Source of the DNA: a virus
Lineage: Duplodnaviria; Caudoviricetes
Reading direction: 5' to 3' (one strand)
Virus record (IMG/VR): IMGVR_UViG_3300004369_000019
Coordinates: 1 to 55,604 of that record
Length of the DNA: 55,604 nucleotides
Shown: piece by piece, positions 19,688-27,927 of the stretch
Layout of the letters: every line of letters starts with the position of its first letter
Numbering within the stretch: the stretch's first letter is position 1
Translations under genes and position numbers: made by a program
The notes under the pieces: generated by a model
What the model saw: the letters and a program-made list of their open reading frames with translations, nothing else
The model's database searches: none
What the model was told of the DNA's origin: nothing

Positions 19688-20587
19688 CTATATCTCTTGA
19701 GTATTTAGTGAAGGGAACTGTCTAACATTCCCTGGCCAAATTATACGGACAACTCCATTACCACCACTTCCTCCAGCAAGATAGAGGTTAGGAGATCCAA
19801 ATTTAACGAACCCAGATCTTCCACCACCACCATACAATCCACCGTTTAGATCTCCATTTGTACCACCACTACCACCTCCAGCAGCAGTTGCATTTCCTAA
19901 ACCAGATGCTGACGAAGCACCAGATCCTCCTGTTCCGTTAGATCCCAGACCAAAAATTCCTGTTCCTCCTCCAGAAGAAGCTCTTCCTGGTTGAGTTGTA
20001 GTGTATGTTTGATCATAAGAACCACCACCTCCACCACCGGCGCCGCCAGTTCCATCACTACCGGATGAAGCTAATGATGAAGATCCACCAGATCCTCCAT
20101 TTCCACCATCACCAGAATATCCTCCAGCACCACCACCTCCGGCACCACTAGAATCGGTAGAACCACCGTTACCACCACCATCACCACCAGATTTAGTACC
20201 TCCAGTACCGTTAGCAAAACCACCATTTGCAGTAATAGTGATTACTCCATTAGAAAAACTAGATGCTCCTCCATTATTGCCGGAAAGTGGAGATGTATCT
20301 GATCCCTGACTTTCTCCACCAGATCCAACAACTACTGTATATGTTTCTCCAGGAACAACTTCAATATTATTTGCGTAGACAAGAGAACCCCCTCCGCCAC
20401 CAGGATAAACTCCTAGAGAAACTACGGGACTTGCTCCACCACCAATACAGACAACACTTACATTTCGTACTTTTGGAGGAGCAATCCAGGAATGTGTACC
20501 TGGAGTTGTAAATACTTGTTCATCATCATTTGGAGATGCCGCAAGAATTGCTGACGACATCATCATAAATTGAGATAAAAAATTCAT
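19688..20587 (-). CDS. Glycine-rich fibre-tip adhesin-like protein
   Basis: 299 aa; FTTPGTHSWIAP..V..VSVVCIGGG, many GGGG runs, GGSGGNGVVRIIW. Lies next to the chaperone and fibre genes. Confidence 0.7.
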   Translation of the reverse strand: MNFLSQFMMMSSAILAASPNDDEQVFTTPGTHSWIAPPKVRNVSVVCIGGGASPVVSLGVYPGGGGGSLVYANNIEVVPGETYTVVVGSGGESQGSDTSPLSGNNGGASSFSNGVITITANGGFANGTGGTKSGGDGGGNGGSTDSSGAGGGGAGGYSGDGGNGGSGGSSSLASSGSDGTGGAGGGGGGSYDQTYTTTQPGRASSGGGTGIFGLGSNGTGGSGASSASGLGNATAAGGGSGGTNGDLNGGLYGGGGRSGFVKFGSPNLYLAGGSGGNGVVRIIWPGNVRQFPSLNTQEI

Positions 20588-20910
20588 GAGGATACTGTTG
20601 GATTTACTATTATTGAACCTTCAACCAATTTCATAATTTTATTGGTAGATGAATTTTGAGAAATTATATCAAAATAATTTCTCCCTTCGGTTAAATCATC
20701 AGTTACACTATTACCCATTGATATAACAACTGCATTGTTGGTTGTATCGATATGAGTATCAAAACTATATGAAGTACTTGCGGTTTCGTGTTTTCTTATT
20801 TTTGCTGTTACTGTTTCTGTTCCATCTAAAGTAGTCAAAGCTATCGCAACTTTTTTTTCAAAGTCAGTTCCTTTATATATTACTAAAGATGTTACTGCAG
20901 GAACACTCAT
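20584..20910 (-). CDS. Conserved small virion protein
   Basis: 108 aa; LVIYKGTDF...AKIRKH...GRNYFDI...LVEG.IIV.PTV. Confidence 0.6.
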   Translation of the reverse strand: MSVPAVTSLVIYKGTDFEKKVAIALTTLDGTETVTAKIRKHETASTSYSFDTHIDTTNNAVVISMGNSVTDDLTEGRNYFDIISQNSSTNKIMKLVEGSIIVNPTVSS

Positions 20911-20932
20911 TGATTTTTTTATAGATATAAAC

Positions 20933-21352
20933 TTATTTATTATCTTGTTGCTGTTTCAATAATTTTGCTAGATCTGCTGTAGATCCAACAAAAAGAGCAT
21001 TAGTAACATTCGTCGGTCCTTTTGATGATTCTTCTTCAACTTCTTTAAGTTTTTTCTGAAGTTCCATCAATTTATCCGTTGCATCTGCAACATTTTTAAT
21101 TAATTGACCAGCAACCTCATACGCTCTTGCTTGTTCCGTTTCTTGAGCCAATTCAAGAATACCATTAATTGCTTCTTGACCTTTTTCAATTAAAGAATAA
21201 AGATTTCCTCTCGTATAATCATAGTCTTTTTTAATATCATTAGAGGTTGCTTTTATTTGTTCAATTTTCTTTTCGGGAATCGAAGGTTCTACTTCAACTA
21301 TATCCGCAGAAACATTAAAGGTATCATCTAGTTCTTCAAACTTATTACTCAT
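20933..21352 (-). CDS. gp16: Terminase small subunit
   Basis: DYDYTRGNLYSLIEKGQEAINGILELAQE..RAYEVAGQLIK...NALFVGSTADL; directly follows gp15. Confidence 0.9.
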   Translation of the reverse strand: MSNKFEELDDTFNVSADIVEVEPSIPEKKIEQIKATSNDIKKDYDYTRGNLYSLIEKGQEAINGILELAQETEQARAYEVAGQLIKNVADATDKLMELQKKLKEVEEESSKGPTNVTNALFVGSTADLAKLLKQQQDNK

Positions 21353-22350
21353 AACGAATTACCACTAAATCCAAAATCATCTCCTATTTCAATCTTCGCG
21401 TTATCTGCTTCAGTAATAAGTTTAACTCCTGTTCCACTAACATGGTCAATAACAGAAGTTGAATAGTAACCTCTGGTTACTCTTAATTTGTTTCCAGTTA
21501 CATCAGACACATATACGGTTTCTTCTCCAATTGATAATTTGTCTCCAGGTGAAATTCCTGAAGAAGAAACAACTTCAAGAACTGTTTCTGTCTTAAGTAA
21601 ATCTTTAAGTAAAGTAGTTGTATTTGTATCTGAATAACTCTTGGTTGCAACAGGTTCAGAGGAATATCTAACATCAATTTGCCTTGATCCCACTTCGCCA
21701 GCACCAAAACCAATAGTAGATTTTCTGATAATATCTGTAACACTTGCGGAAGAAATCGGTCCAAAAATATATGTTTTTGCAGTAAACCTTAAAGTATAAA
21801 TTAAAGATCTTCTAGTTTCAAAATTTCCTTCATATTGATCATCTATCGACACAGAATTCAAAATAACTGGAATATCTCTTTTTTCGCCAATAGTGTCTAT
21901 TAAATTCACAGTCATTGTGTACTGTGGTTGAAAATATGGTAAGATCTGCTCAACAATTTGAAGCATATCATCATTTATTTTCGTGTATATGCTTAATTCA
22001 AAATCAACATTATATGGAACAGGCATATAATTTTTTCTAATGTCTTTTCCATCACTACTTATTGCTGATAGAAATGTTTGAGTGGTTGTTACCTTTCTTG
22101 ATGAATCATATCCAATACCAGTCATCTCAAAAGACATTCTTGGTAATGTAATTTGAGTAGATCTATTTAAATCTGGAGATTGCTCAAGTCTTGCAAGAAA
22201 CTTTTGCATTGGTCCATATGCAAGAGGGACTTTTACAACAGAAGTAACATTATCCTCAGAATCTGTTTTTTTAATGGATATATCATTAAAAAGTGTTCCG
22301 AATGATATTACTGTTTTTCTTAATATCTCGTTGTAAAAGTACTCAAACAT
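21349..22350 (-). CDS. gp15: Tail sheath stabiliser / tail completion protein
   Basis: YFYNEILRKTVISFGTLFN, VPLAYGP..KFLARL, LPRMSFE, LQIVEQILPYFQP. Confidence 0.93.
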   Translation of the reverse strand: MFEYFYNEILRKTVISFGTLFNDISIKKTDSEDNVTSVVKVPLAYGPMQKFLARLEQSPDLNRSTQITLPRMSFEMTGIGYDSSRKVTTTQTFLSAISSDGKDIRKNYMPVPYNVDFELSIYTKINDDMLQIVEQILPYFQPQYTMTVNLIDTIGEKRDIPVILNSVSIDDQYEGNFETRRSLIYTLRFTAKTYIFGPISSASVTDIIRKSTIGFGAGEVGSRQIDVRYSSEPVATKSYSDTNTTTLLKDLLKTETVLEVVSSSGISPGDKLSIGEETVYVSDVTGNKLRVTRGYYSTSVIDHVSGTGVKLITEADNAKIEIGDDFGFSGNSL

Positions 22351-22393
22351 GAGATTAAATGATAATTATATACTATTTAACAAAAAATGGCTT

Positions 22394-23845
22394 CTATGGT
22401 CTTCCAAAAGGATTAATTTCACTAAAATCTAAAATATCATCTGCTTCGGATTCTATTTCAGAATTAGAAGCGAATGGATTTGGTATATTCAATGAATCTG
22501 CTATTGAATTTGGAGTTGCTTTATGTCTAGCTCCTGATTCTTCTCCGATAAATTCATCATAAATGTTAAACTCTCCAGTTAATCTGTAAAGTTGCAACTC
22601 ATTAGTTGTAGAATTCCAATATTTAACAACACCTGTAGTAGAACTGCTAGATCCAACAACAGTTTCTCCTATTTTATAATTACCAGACCCATTTAAATAT
22701 GGGTCTTCAATAGTTATCGTTGGGGGATTTGTTGTAGCATATCCAGCTCCAGCATCAAGTATTTGAATCGATGTAATTGTACCTAATCCACTTACAACAG
22801 CTTCGGCAATTGCTGTTGTACCAGATCCTGTAGGAGCACTAAATGTTATAGTTGGAAGTCCGGAATATCCACTTCCACTATCTGTTACTGTGATAATTCC
22901 AACAACTCCAGCTGTAGTAGATGCTGTTGCTACAAATCCAGACCCATCACCACCACCAATTGCTTGTATTAGAGGATCTGATGTATATCCATATCCAGTA
23001 TTAGTTAATCTAACTCCCTGAATCCTAGATTTATCGTCATTAGTATTGCAATAATCTACAATTCCAGAAATCATAGTTGCTACACCCACAGCAGTATATC
23101 CTGTTCCTGCGGGAGCTGAAGAAAATACAATATCTGGAGTAGAAGAATATCCATTTCCTCTATTTGTAATAGTAATATATCTAACACCACCATTAAAAAC
23201 AGTTGCTACGGCAGAAGCAGTAGATCCTACACCAAGCATGGTATAAGATCTAGATCCTGATGTAAGACCTCCAATACCAAGAGACGAAGATCCTGCTACA
23301 GAAGAATCTCCGAGAATAGCAGCATCTATAGTTTCTACATCAGTATCAATAATTTCATCACCATAACGGAATAATTCACATCTTAATTCATAAACATAAT
23401 TTTTTTGTAACTGATAAAATGGCTTCTCATGTTCAACAAATTTAATTTCAAATATTCTTCCACCCAAAGGAAAATAAATTAAATCTCCTTCTTTAGGTCT
23501 TTTTGATAATTTAATATTACTCTTATTTTCGATTAGAGGTTTAATATATTCTTCATAACGTTCTTTTGAAATGATAAGAGTTAAATCATCTTGCGATTGA
23601 ATACCAAATTTACTCATTATTTCGCCAGAACCTTCATATCCTTCACTAGTATCTACATATGCTTCAATAGGATATGCATCTCTAAATTCAGAATCTACTA
23701 CTTCTCTTATAACGGTTTTTTCATTTACATATAATCTTGGAATGTAGTAAACATCCACTCCATACATCCGAAGTTGCTCATTGACTAAATCTTGAATCAG
23801 ATTTTGTTCTGATTTTGATCCTTGTAGAAAAAATGGATTGAGCAT
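22394..23845 (-). CDS. gp14: Neck protein (head closure) with an extended G.GY-repeat insertion
   Basis: MLNPFFLQGSKSEQNLIQDLVNEQLRMYG, RPKEGDLIYFPL, FVEHEKPFYQL; ends DFSEINPFG. Confidence 0.92.
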   Translation of the reverse strand: MLNPFFLQGSKSEQNLIQDLVNEQLRMYGVDVYYIPRLYVNEKTVIREVVDSEFRDAYPIEAYVDTSEGYEGSGEIMSKFGIQSQDDLTLIISKERYEEYIKPLIENKSNIKLSKRPKEGDLIYFPLGGRIFEIKFVEHEKPFYQLQKNYVYELRCELFRYGDEIIDTDVETIDAAILGDSSVAGSSSLGIGGLTSGSRSYTMLGVGSTASAVATVFNGGVRYITITNRGNGYSSTPDIVFSSAPAGTGYTAVGVATMISGIVDYCNTNDDKSRIQGVRLTNTGYGYTSDPLIQAIGGGDGSGFVATASTTAGVVGIITVTDSGSGYSGLPTITFSAPTGSGTTAIAEAVVSGLGTITSIQILDAGAGYATTNPPTITIEDPYLNGSGNYKIGETVVGSSSSTTGVVKYWNSTTNELQLYRLTGEFNIYDEFIGEESGARHKATPNSIADSLNIPNPFASNSEIESEADDILDFSEINPFGRP

Positions 23846-23851
23846 ATCTTA

Positions 23852-24670
23852 TTATCCTATCATATCTAATGGAGGCATTTCATAATAAGTGGGCATTTTC
23901 TCCAAAATATTATCAATTTCTTTCTGAGCATCATCGAATAATTGTCTACCATTTAATTCAATACCACCAGGAAGTTTAACTCCTTGGAATTTAATAAGAT
24001 TCATTCCCCATTGACGCTTTATGAGAGCTGTAAGATATTGCTTCAAGAAAGAATCATTATAGACTTTTGAATATGTCGCTGGATCAGCAATAGCGTAGCA
24101 ATCCATCACCAAATATTCATTAGCAATTACAGTTGACCAATCCATATCAATGTATAATCTTCCTTTTCTTTGATTAAATCTAATCTTCTTTTGTGTGGTA
24201 AGTAAATGGTCAATATCAGACAAGAACGTATTGACCATTTTATAAGTCAATAATTCTGTAGCTCCCCAATAATGAACATCATTCAAGAATAATTGATATT
24301 TGAAATTAAACATCCCGCTAGAAATGTTATTTGATCCATCAAAATGAAGAACTCTTTCAACTCCAATTACACCATCTGGAAGAGGTAAATAATTTGAATT
24401 TTCTTCATAATCATAATCAATACTATTACTACTTACTGTTGATGTAGTTATCCCTGAAGTACCTTTCCCTCTATCAATATCGGTTTGAGTAAGTTTGTAC
24501 TTTAGATAAGTTCTTTCAACACCGTCAAAGTGGCGCTCCTGAAAGAACTGAAGCGCATCATCCACAAGATCATCTATTTGTTCATCTGCAACGTTAATTT
24601 CCAATACAGGAGCACCTAGCTGCCTCTTGCAGTAATCTATTAGTGTTTGTCTGGATGATGGTTGAGCCAT
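23852..24670 (-). CDS. gp13: Neck protein (head-tail adaptor)
   Basis: LIDYCKRQLGAPVLEINV...ERHFDG...KRQWGMNLIKFQGVKLPGGIELNG. Confidence 0.93.
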   Translation of the reverse strand: MAQPSSRQTLIDYCKRQLGAPVLEINVADEQIDDLVDDALQFFQERHFDGVERTYLKYKLTQTDIDRGKGTSGITTSTVSSNSIDYDYEENSNYLPLPDGVIGVERVLHFDGSNNISSGMFNFKYQLFLNDVHYWGATELLTYKMVNTFLSDIDHLLTTQKKIRFNQRKGRLYIDMDWSTVIANEYLVMDCYAIADPATYSKVYNDSFLKQYLTALIKRQWGMNLIKFQGVKLPGGIELNGRQLFDDAQKEIDNILEKMPTYYEMPPLDMIG

Positions 24671-24855
24671 TATTTTGAAATGTCTATGGACGGTAATACC
24701 GAAAGAGTTTCTTGTTGTTTGAAGTATAACTTAACGTAACTTTTAGCTACATTTCGGAGAACTTTAATATCATCTATACTATCTATATCTCTAGAAAGTT
24801 TTTCATATTGAAAAGACTTGGACACACTTTGCAGACTGATATCATCTGGATTCAT
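24670..24855 (-). CDS. Small helical protein, possible NblA-like helix-loop-helix
   Basis: Likely ATG at 24855 (MNPDDISLQSVSKSFQYEKLSRDIDSIDDIKVLRNVAKSYVKLYFKQQE). The NblA resemblance is by pattern only. Confidence 0.55.
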   Translation of the reverse strand: MNPDDISLQSVSKSFQYEKLSRDIDSIDDIKVLRNVAKSYVKLYFKQQETLSVLPSIDISK

Positions 24856-25126
24856 TTTGCAACTCCTCAATTTGTTTTTTCATTTCTGTTATCTGTCTTT
24901 TCAAATTATCTAATTGCGATTGAATAGAATCTGTTTTTTCTAATTCTCTTTCTTTTGCAAGCTTAGCAGACAAATATGCTTGATATTCATCATAATTTGC
25001 AGAAATAACAGCGCCACTTTGAGAATCTTTAAAAAGAGTCTCATGACCTTTTACTCTAGTATAATGACCTTCATCATATTCGTCATCATTGTTTATATCA
25101 TAATCAAGATAAAGTTCTTCTCTCAT
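24842..25126 (-). CDS. Conserved small coiled-coil protein
   Basis: RVKGHETLFKDSQSGAVI motif followed by a coiled coil; usual position upstream of gp13. Confidence 0.65.
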   Translation of the reverse strand: MREELYLDYDINNDDEYDEGHYTRVKGHETLFKDSQSGAVISANYDEYQAYLSAKLAKERELEKTDSIQSQLDNLKRQITEMKKQIEELQNESR

Positions 25127-25128
25127 AA

Positions 25129-27633
25129 TTACGCAAGAGCTATAACTCGTAAGTCTCTCATTCTAACAGGATAAGTAGTATCTTCTGTAGTAGCAACTAA
25201 TTTTATTCCAAATGCTTTGAATGATGGTAGTTTATTAATTGAGAACTTAAACTCTTTGTATGTTAAATCTTCAGGTTTAAATCCAATAGAGTCTGTTAGT
25301 TTTACTTTTTTATCAGTTGTTCCATCACTTTTAGAAATATCAATTACTTCTCCCCTTTCATTCAAGTTTGCATACCCTGGGAAAGGATAATAAATCATTT
25401 CCTCTTTAGCTTCATCAGATATAGAGTAAAAAGCTCTTATATCACTTTTTGTGTTAACATATGCAGTCAAGAAAACTTGAATAGAAGTAGCAGGAGTTTC
25501 TAAAGCAATTGGTCTTGTAGCATAAACAAAAGCATGTGGATCGTTTTCTAAATCAGATGTTCTTTCATCTGTAATATAATCATCTATTGGTTTATTCATT
25601 CTATTTCCAATTAAAATGACCGAGCAACGATCCAAATCAATTACAGGAGAAAGAGTAGGAGTAGTTGTAGTTAAATTGACTGAAAGATTTAAAGACTTAT
25701 TTCCTTCAATTCCTTCAACTCCATCTAATAATTCTGTTTCATTAATTCTTGAACATATTATTCTTGGAGAACTGAGATATGTTTCTTCTGTTGTCGAGAT
25801 AGTTTCAAATTCAGTAGCAAGGAAAGATTCTTGATTACCACCAACACTTCTTCCAGTAATAGACCTCAAATTAATTTCAATATCAGTTCCAGTGAGTTCC
25901 GCAACTTTAATTTCTGGGTCAATAATTTCATATTGAATATTTTGTGTAGCATTTATATCATCTCCACCAGAAGACTTAGTTTCCCTAATAAACAAATCTG
26001 GATATCCGTCAATATTATTTGATCTATCAACTCCAGATTCTTGCATATCTATTTTTATATGATAGTAATCCAAATCTATTGGATTATCTACAGTTGCATC
26101 TTGCAATTCATGGGTCTTATTCAATCTTCTTAAAGAAATACCATTACATTCATACTTTACAACATCAACTCCTTTTTCATATTCAGATCCTTTAGTTCCA
26201 TCAACTTCTCTAATAATTCCTGTTAAAGTATTGCTACTAATTCCTGTATATCCAATAATTTCTTCTTCAATTTCAATATATCCTGGATTTGTAGAAGAAA
26301 CACCTACGTTTTCAAAAGTTGCAAATACGCTAAGTCCAGTTGTTTCATTAATTAACATATTCTCCAATTGAATTGGAGCCGTTGAATCTTCTAGAACATC
26401 AGCAGCCAAATCTACACTTGGATGATCAGCATCTACATCAGCGATAGTAACTACATTTTCCTCAGCATACATCCCATGATTGGGATGATTTACTTTTATG
26501 TGAAGTCCATCATGTATAATTGTAGAATCTGTTGTAAGCACACCACCACCATTCAAGGCTGTTACTATTCCACTAGAATTTTCATATTGAATAGTAGTTC
26601 CAGCACCAGTTAAGAATAATCCTTGAATATCATCTACTATGATTTCATTAATGTTTCCTAATTCGGAAACAGTAAGTCTTAAATTTCTACCTAAACCTGT
26701 TCCAACAGTATTTGCGGTTACGAGATCGCCAACTGCAAATCCAGTTCCACCATCAACAATAGTTGCTCCTACAGCAACACCATTTTGAATGGTTAAATTG
26801 CATGTAGCATTTTTTCCTAGTCCAGTAACTTTAGTTAATGGTACATCAAAATAAGTTAATCCGCCAGCAGAGGGAGTATATCCAATTCCAGCATTAAAAA
26901 TTGTTAATGAAGAAGCAGCTCCAGCATTTCCAATATAGTTACCAGCAGCATCACTACTACCTTGTTGAGAAACTGTAACTCCAGTTGTAAATCCTACATC
27001 GTTTATACCGGTGCTTAAAAGTAGTCTTTCCTGACGCGATTCAAACTCAAATGCATCTCCATCTAAAATAGCAATTTGTTGGTTTCCTAAATCAAGTTCT
27101 GGATTGTAAAAATTTATATTTCCAGAATTTTCTTTAAAGTTTGCCCTACTAAGAGTAAATTTTAAATCTTCAGTTTCGGATGGAGTCCAAACAGCTCCAT
27201 TTTGAGATCTAAAGAAATTTCCAGAGTTTGGGTTTGCTGATACAAAAACTCTTTTAGAAGTAGCATCATTCAGTTTTGTAACATCAGTGTCTCCCATTTT
27301 TGCAACCCAGACTGAATAGTCTTTACTGTTGCAAAGTAAAACAATTGCATGAAAAGTCTCGCCTTTTAAAAAAACGGGAGATGGAAATGTAAATCTAGTC
27401 GGTCCAGCAGCATCAGGAGACACAACAATTTCCGGTGGATTTAATGTTACTGAAGAAAATGGATATATGTCTGTTGCTGAAGGAAGTCCATTTACAGTTG
27501 GTCTCAACTGCAACGTCACAGGAGACGAACTATCTCCTTCATAAAAGAAAATATCAACAGATGTAGCAAAAATCCCCTTTGGATTATCTACATAAAATGT
27601 TTGTGCTAAGGGATCAATTAAACTATTTGCCAT
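25129..27633 (-). CDS. Virion structural protein, C-terminal part of a VrlC/DUF4815-type protein
   Basis: Begins DPLAQTFYV..GIFATSVDIFF, contains SQNGAVWTP...DLKFTL, ends RDLRVIALA. As I recall, these motifs form the C-terminal half of single large cyanophage VrlC-like proteins. Confidence 0.75.
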   Translation of the reverse strand: MANSLIDPLAQTFYVDNPKGIFATSVDIFFYEGDSSSPVTLQLRPTVNGLPSATDIYPFSSVTLNPPEIVVSPDAAGPTRFTFPSPVFLKGETFHAIVLLCNSKDYSVWVAKMGDTDVTKLNDATSKRVFVSANPNSGNFFRSQNGAVWTPSETEDLKFTLSRANFKENSGNINFYNPELDLGNQQIAILDGDAFEFESRQERLLLSTGINDVGFTTGVTVSQQGSSDAAGNYIGNAGAASSLTIFNAGIGYTPSAGGLTYFDVPLTKVTGLGKNATCNLTIQNGVAVGATIVDGGTGFAVGDLVTANTVGTGLGRNLRLTVSELGNINEIIVDDIQGLFLTGAGTTIQYENSSGIVTALNGGGVLTTDSTIIHDGLHIKVNHPNHGMYAEENVVTIADVDADHPSVDLAADVLEDSTAPIQLENMLINETTGLSVFATFENVGVSSTNPGYIEIEEEIIGYTGISSNTLTGIIREVDGTKGSEYEKGVDVVKYECNGISLRRLNKTHELQDATVDNPIDLDYYHIKIDMQESGVDRSNNIDGYPDLFIRETKSSGGDDINATQNIQYEIIDPEIKVAELTGTDIEINLRSITGRSVGGNQESFLATEFETISTTEETYLSSPRIICSRINETELLDGVEGIEGNKSLNLSVNLTTTTPTLSPVIDLDRCSVILIGNRMNKPIDDYITDERTSDLENDPHAFVYATRPIALETPATSIQVFLTAYVNTKSDIRAFYSISDEAKEEMIYYPFPGYANLNERGEVIDISKSDGTTDKKVKLTDSIGFKPEDLTYKEFKFSINKLPSFKAFGIKLVATTEDTTYPVRMRDLRVIALA

Positions 27634-27667
27634 TTATTTTACGTGAGACACATCTTAATAGTTAACT

Positions 27668-27919
27668 TTATTTATTCTTTAAAGTATCTATTTCTTTTTT
27701 TAACTCTTTTATACACTCAACCAAAACCGGTATCATCTGTATATAATCAACAGACAAATACCCATCTTCCTCATAAACCATCTCTGGAAATTCTTTTTTA
27801 ACTTCTTGGGCTATGAGTCCGTGCTCATAGCCCTTTCTTCCATGATATTTTACCATTTTATCATCCCACTCATAAAACATACCATTCAATTTACACACTT
27901 TATTCAAAGAAGAAGTCAT
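27668..27919 (-). CDS. Stand-alone peptidase S74 chaperone body lacking the catalytic Ser/Lys segment
   Basis: ATG at 27919 (or TTG at 27931): SLNKVCKLNGMFYEW...HGLIAQEVKKEFPEMV...LSVDYIQMIPVLVECIKELKKEID. Collinear with the S74 domain of the 731-aa fibre but without SDxxLK. Confidence 0.82.
   Translation of the reverse strand: MTSSLNKVCKLNGMFYEWDDKMVKYHGRKGYEHGLIAQEVKKEFPEMVYEEDGYLSVDYIQMIPVLVECIKELKKEIDTLKNK
27669..27675 (-). promoter_or_regulatory. Late promoter ATAAATA
   Basis: Overlaps the stop of the S74 fragment gene, upstream of the 27633 start. Confidence 0.55.
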
Positions 27920-27927
27920 AATATAAT

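Noticed and set aside
22600-23300. G.GY..P repeat insertion in gp14 (also in gp7 and gp8)
   Set aside because: A common decoration of cyanomyophage structural proteins, not novel.
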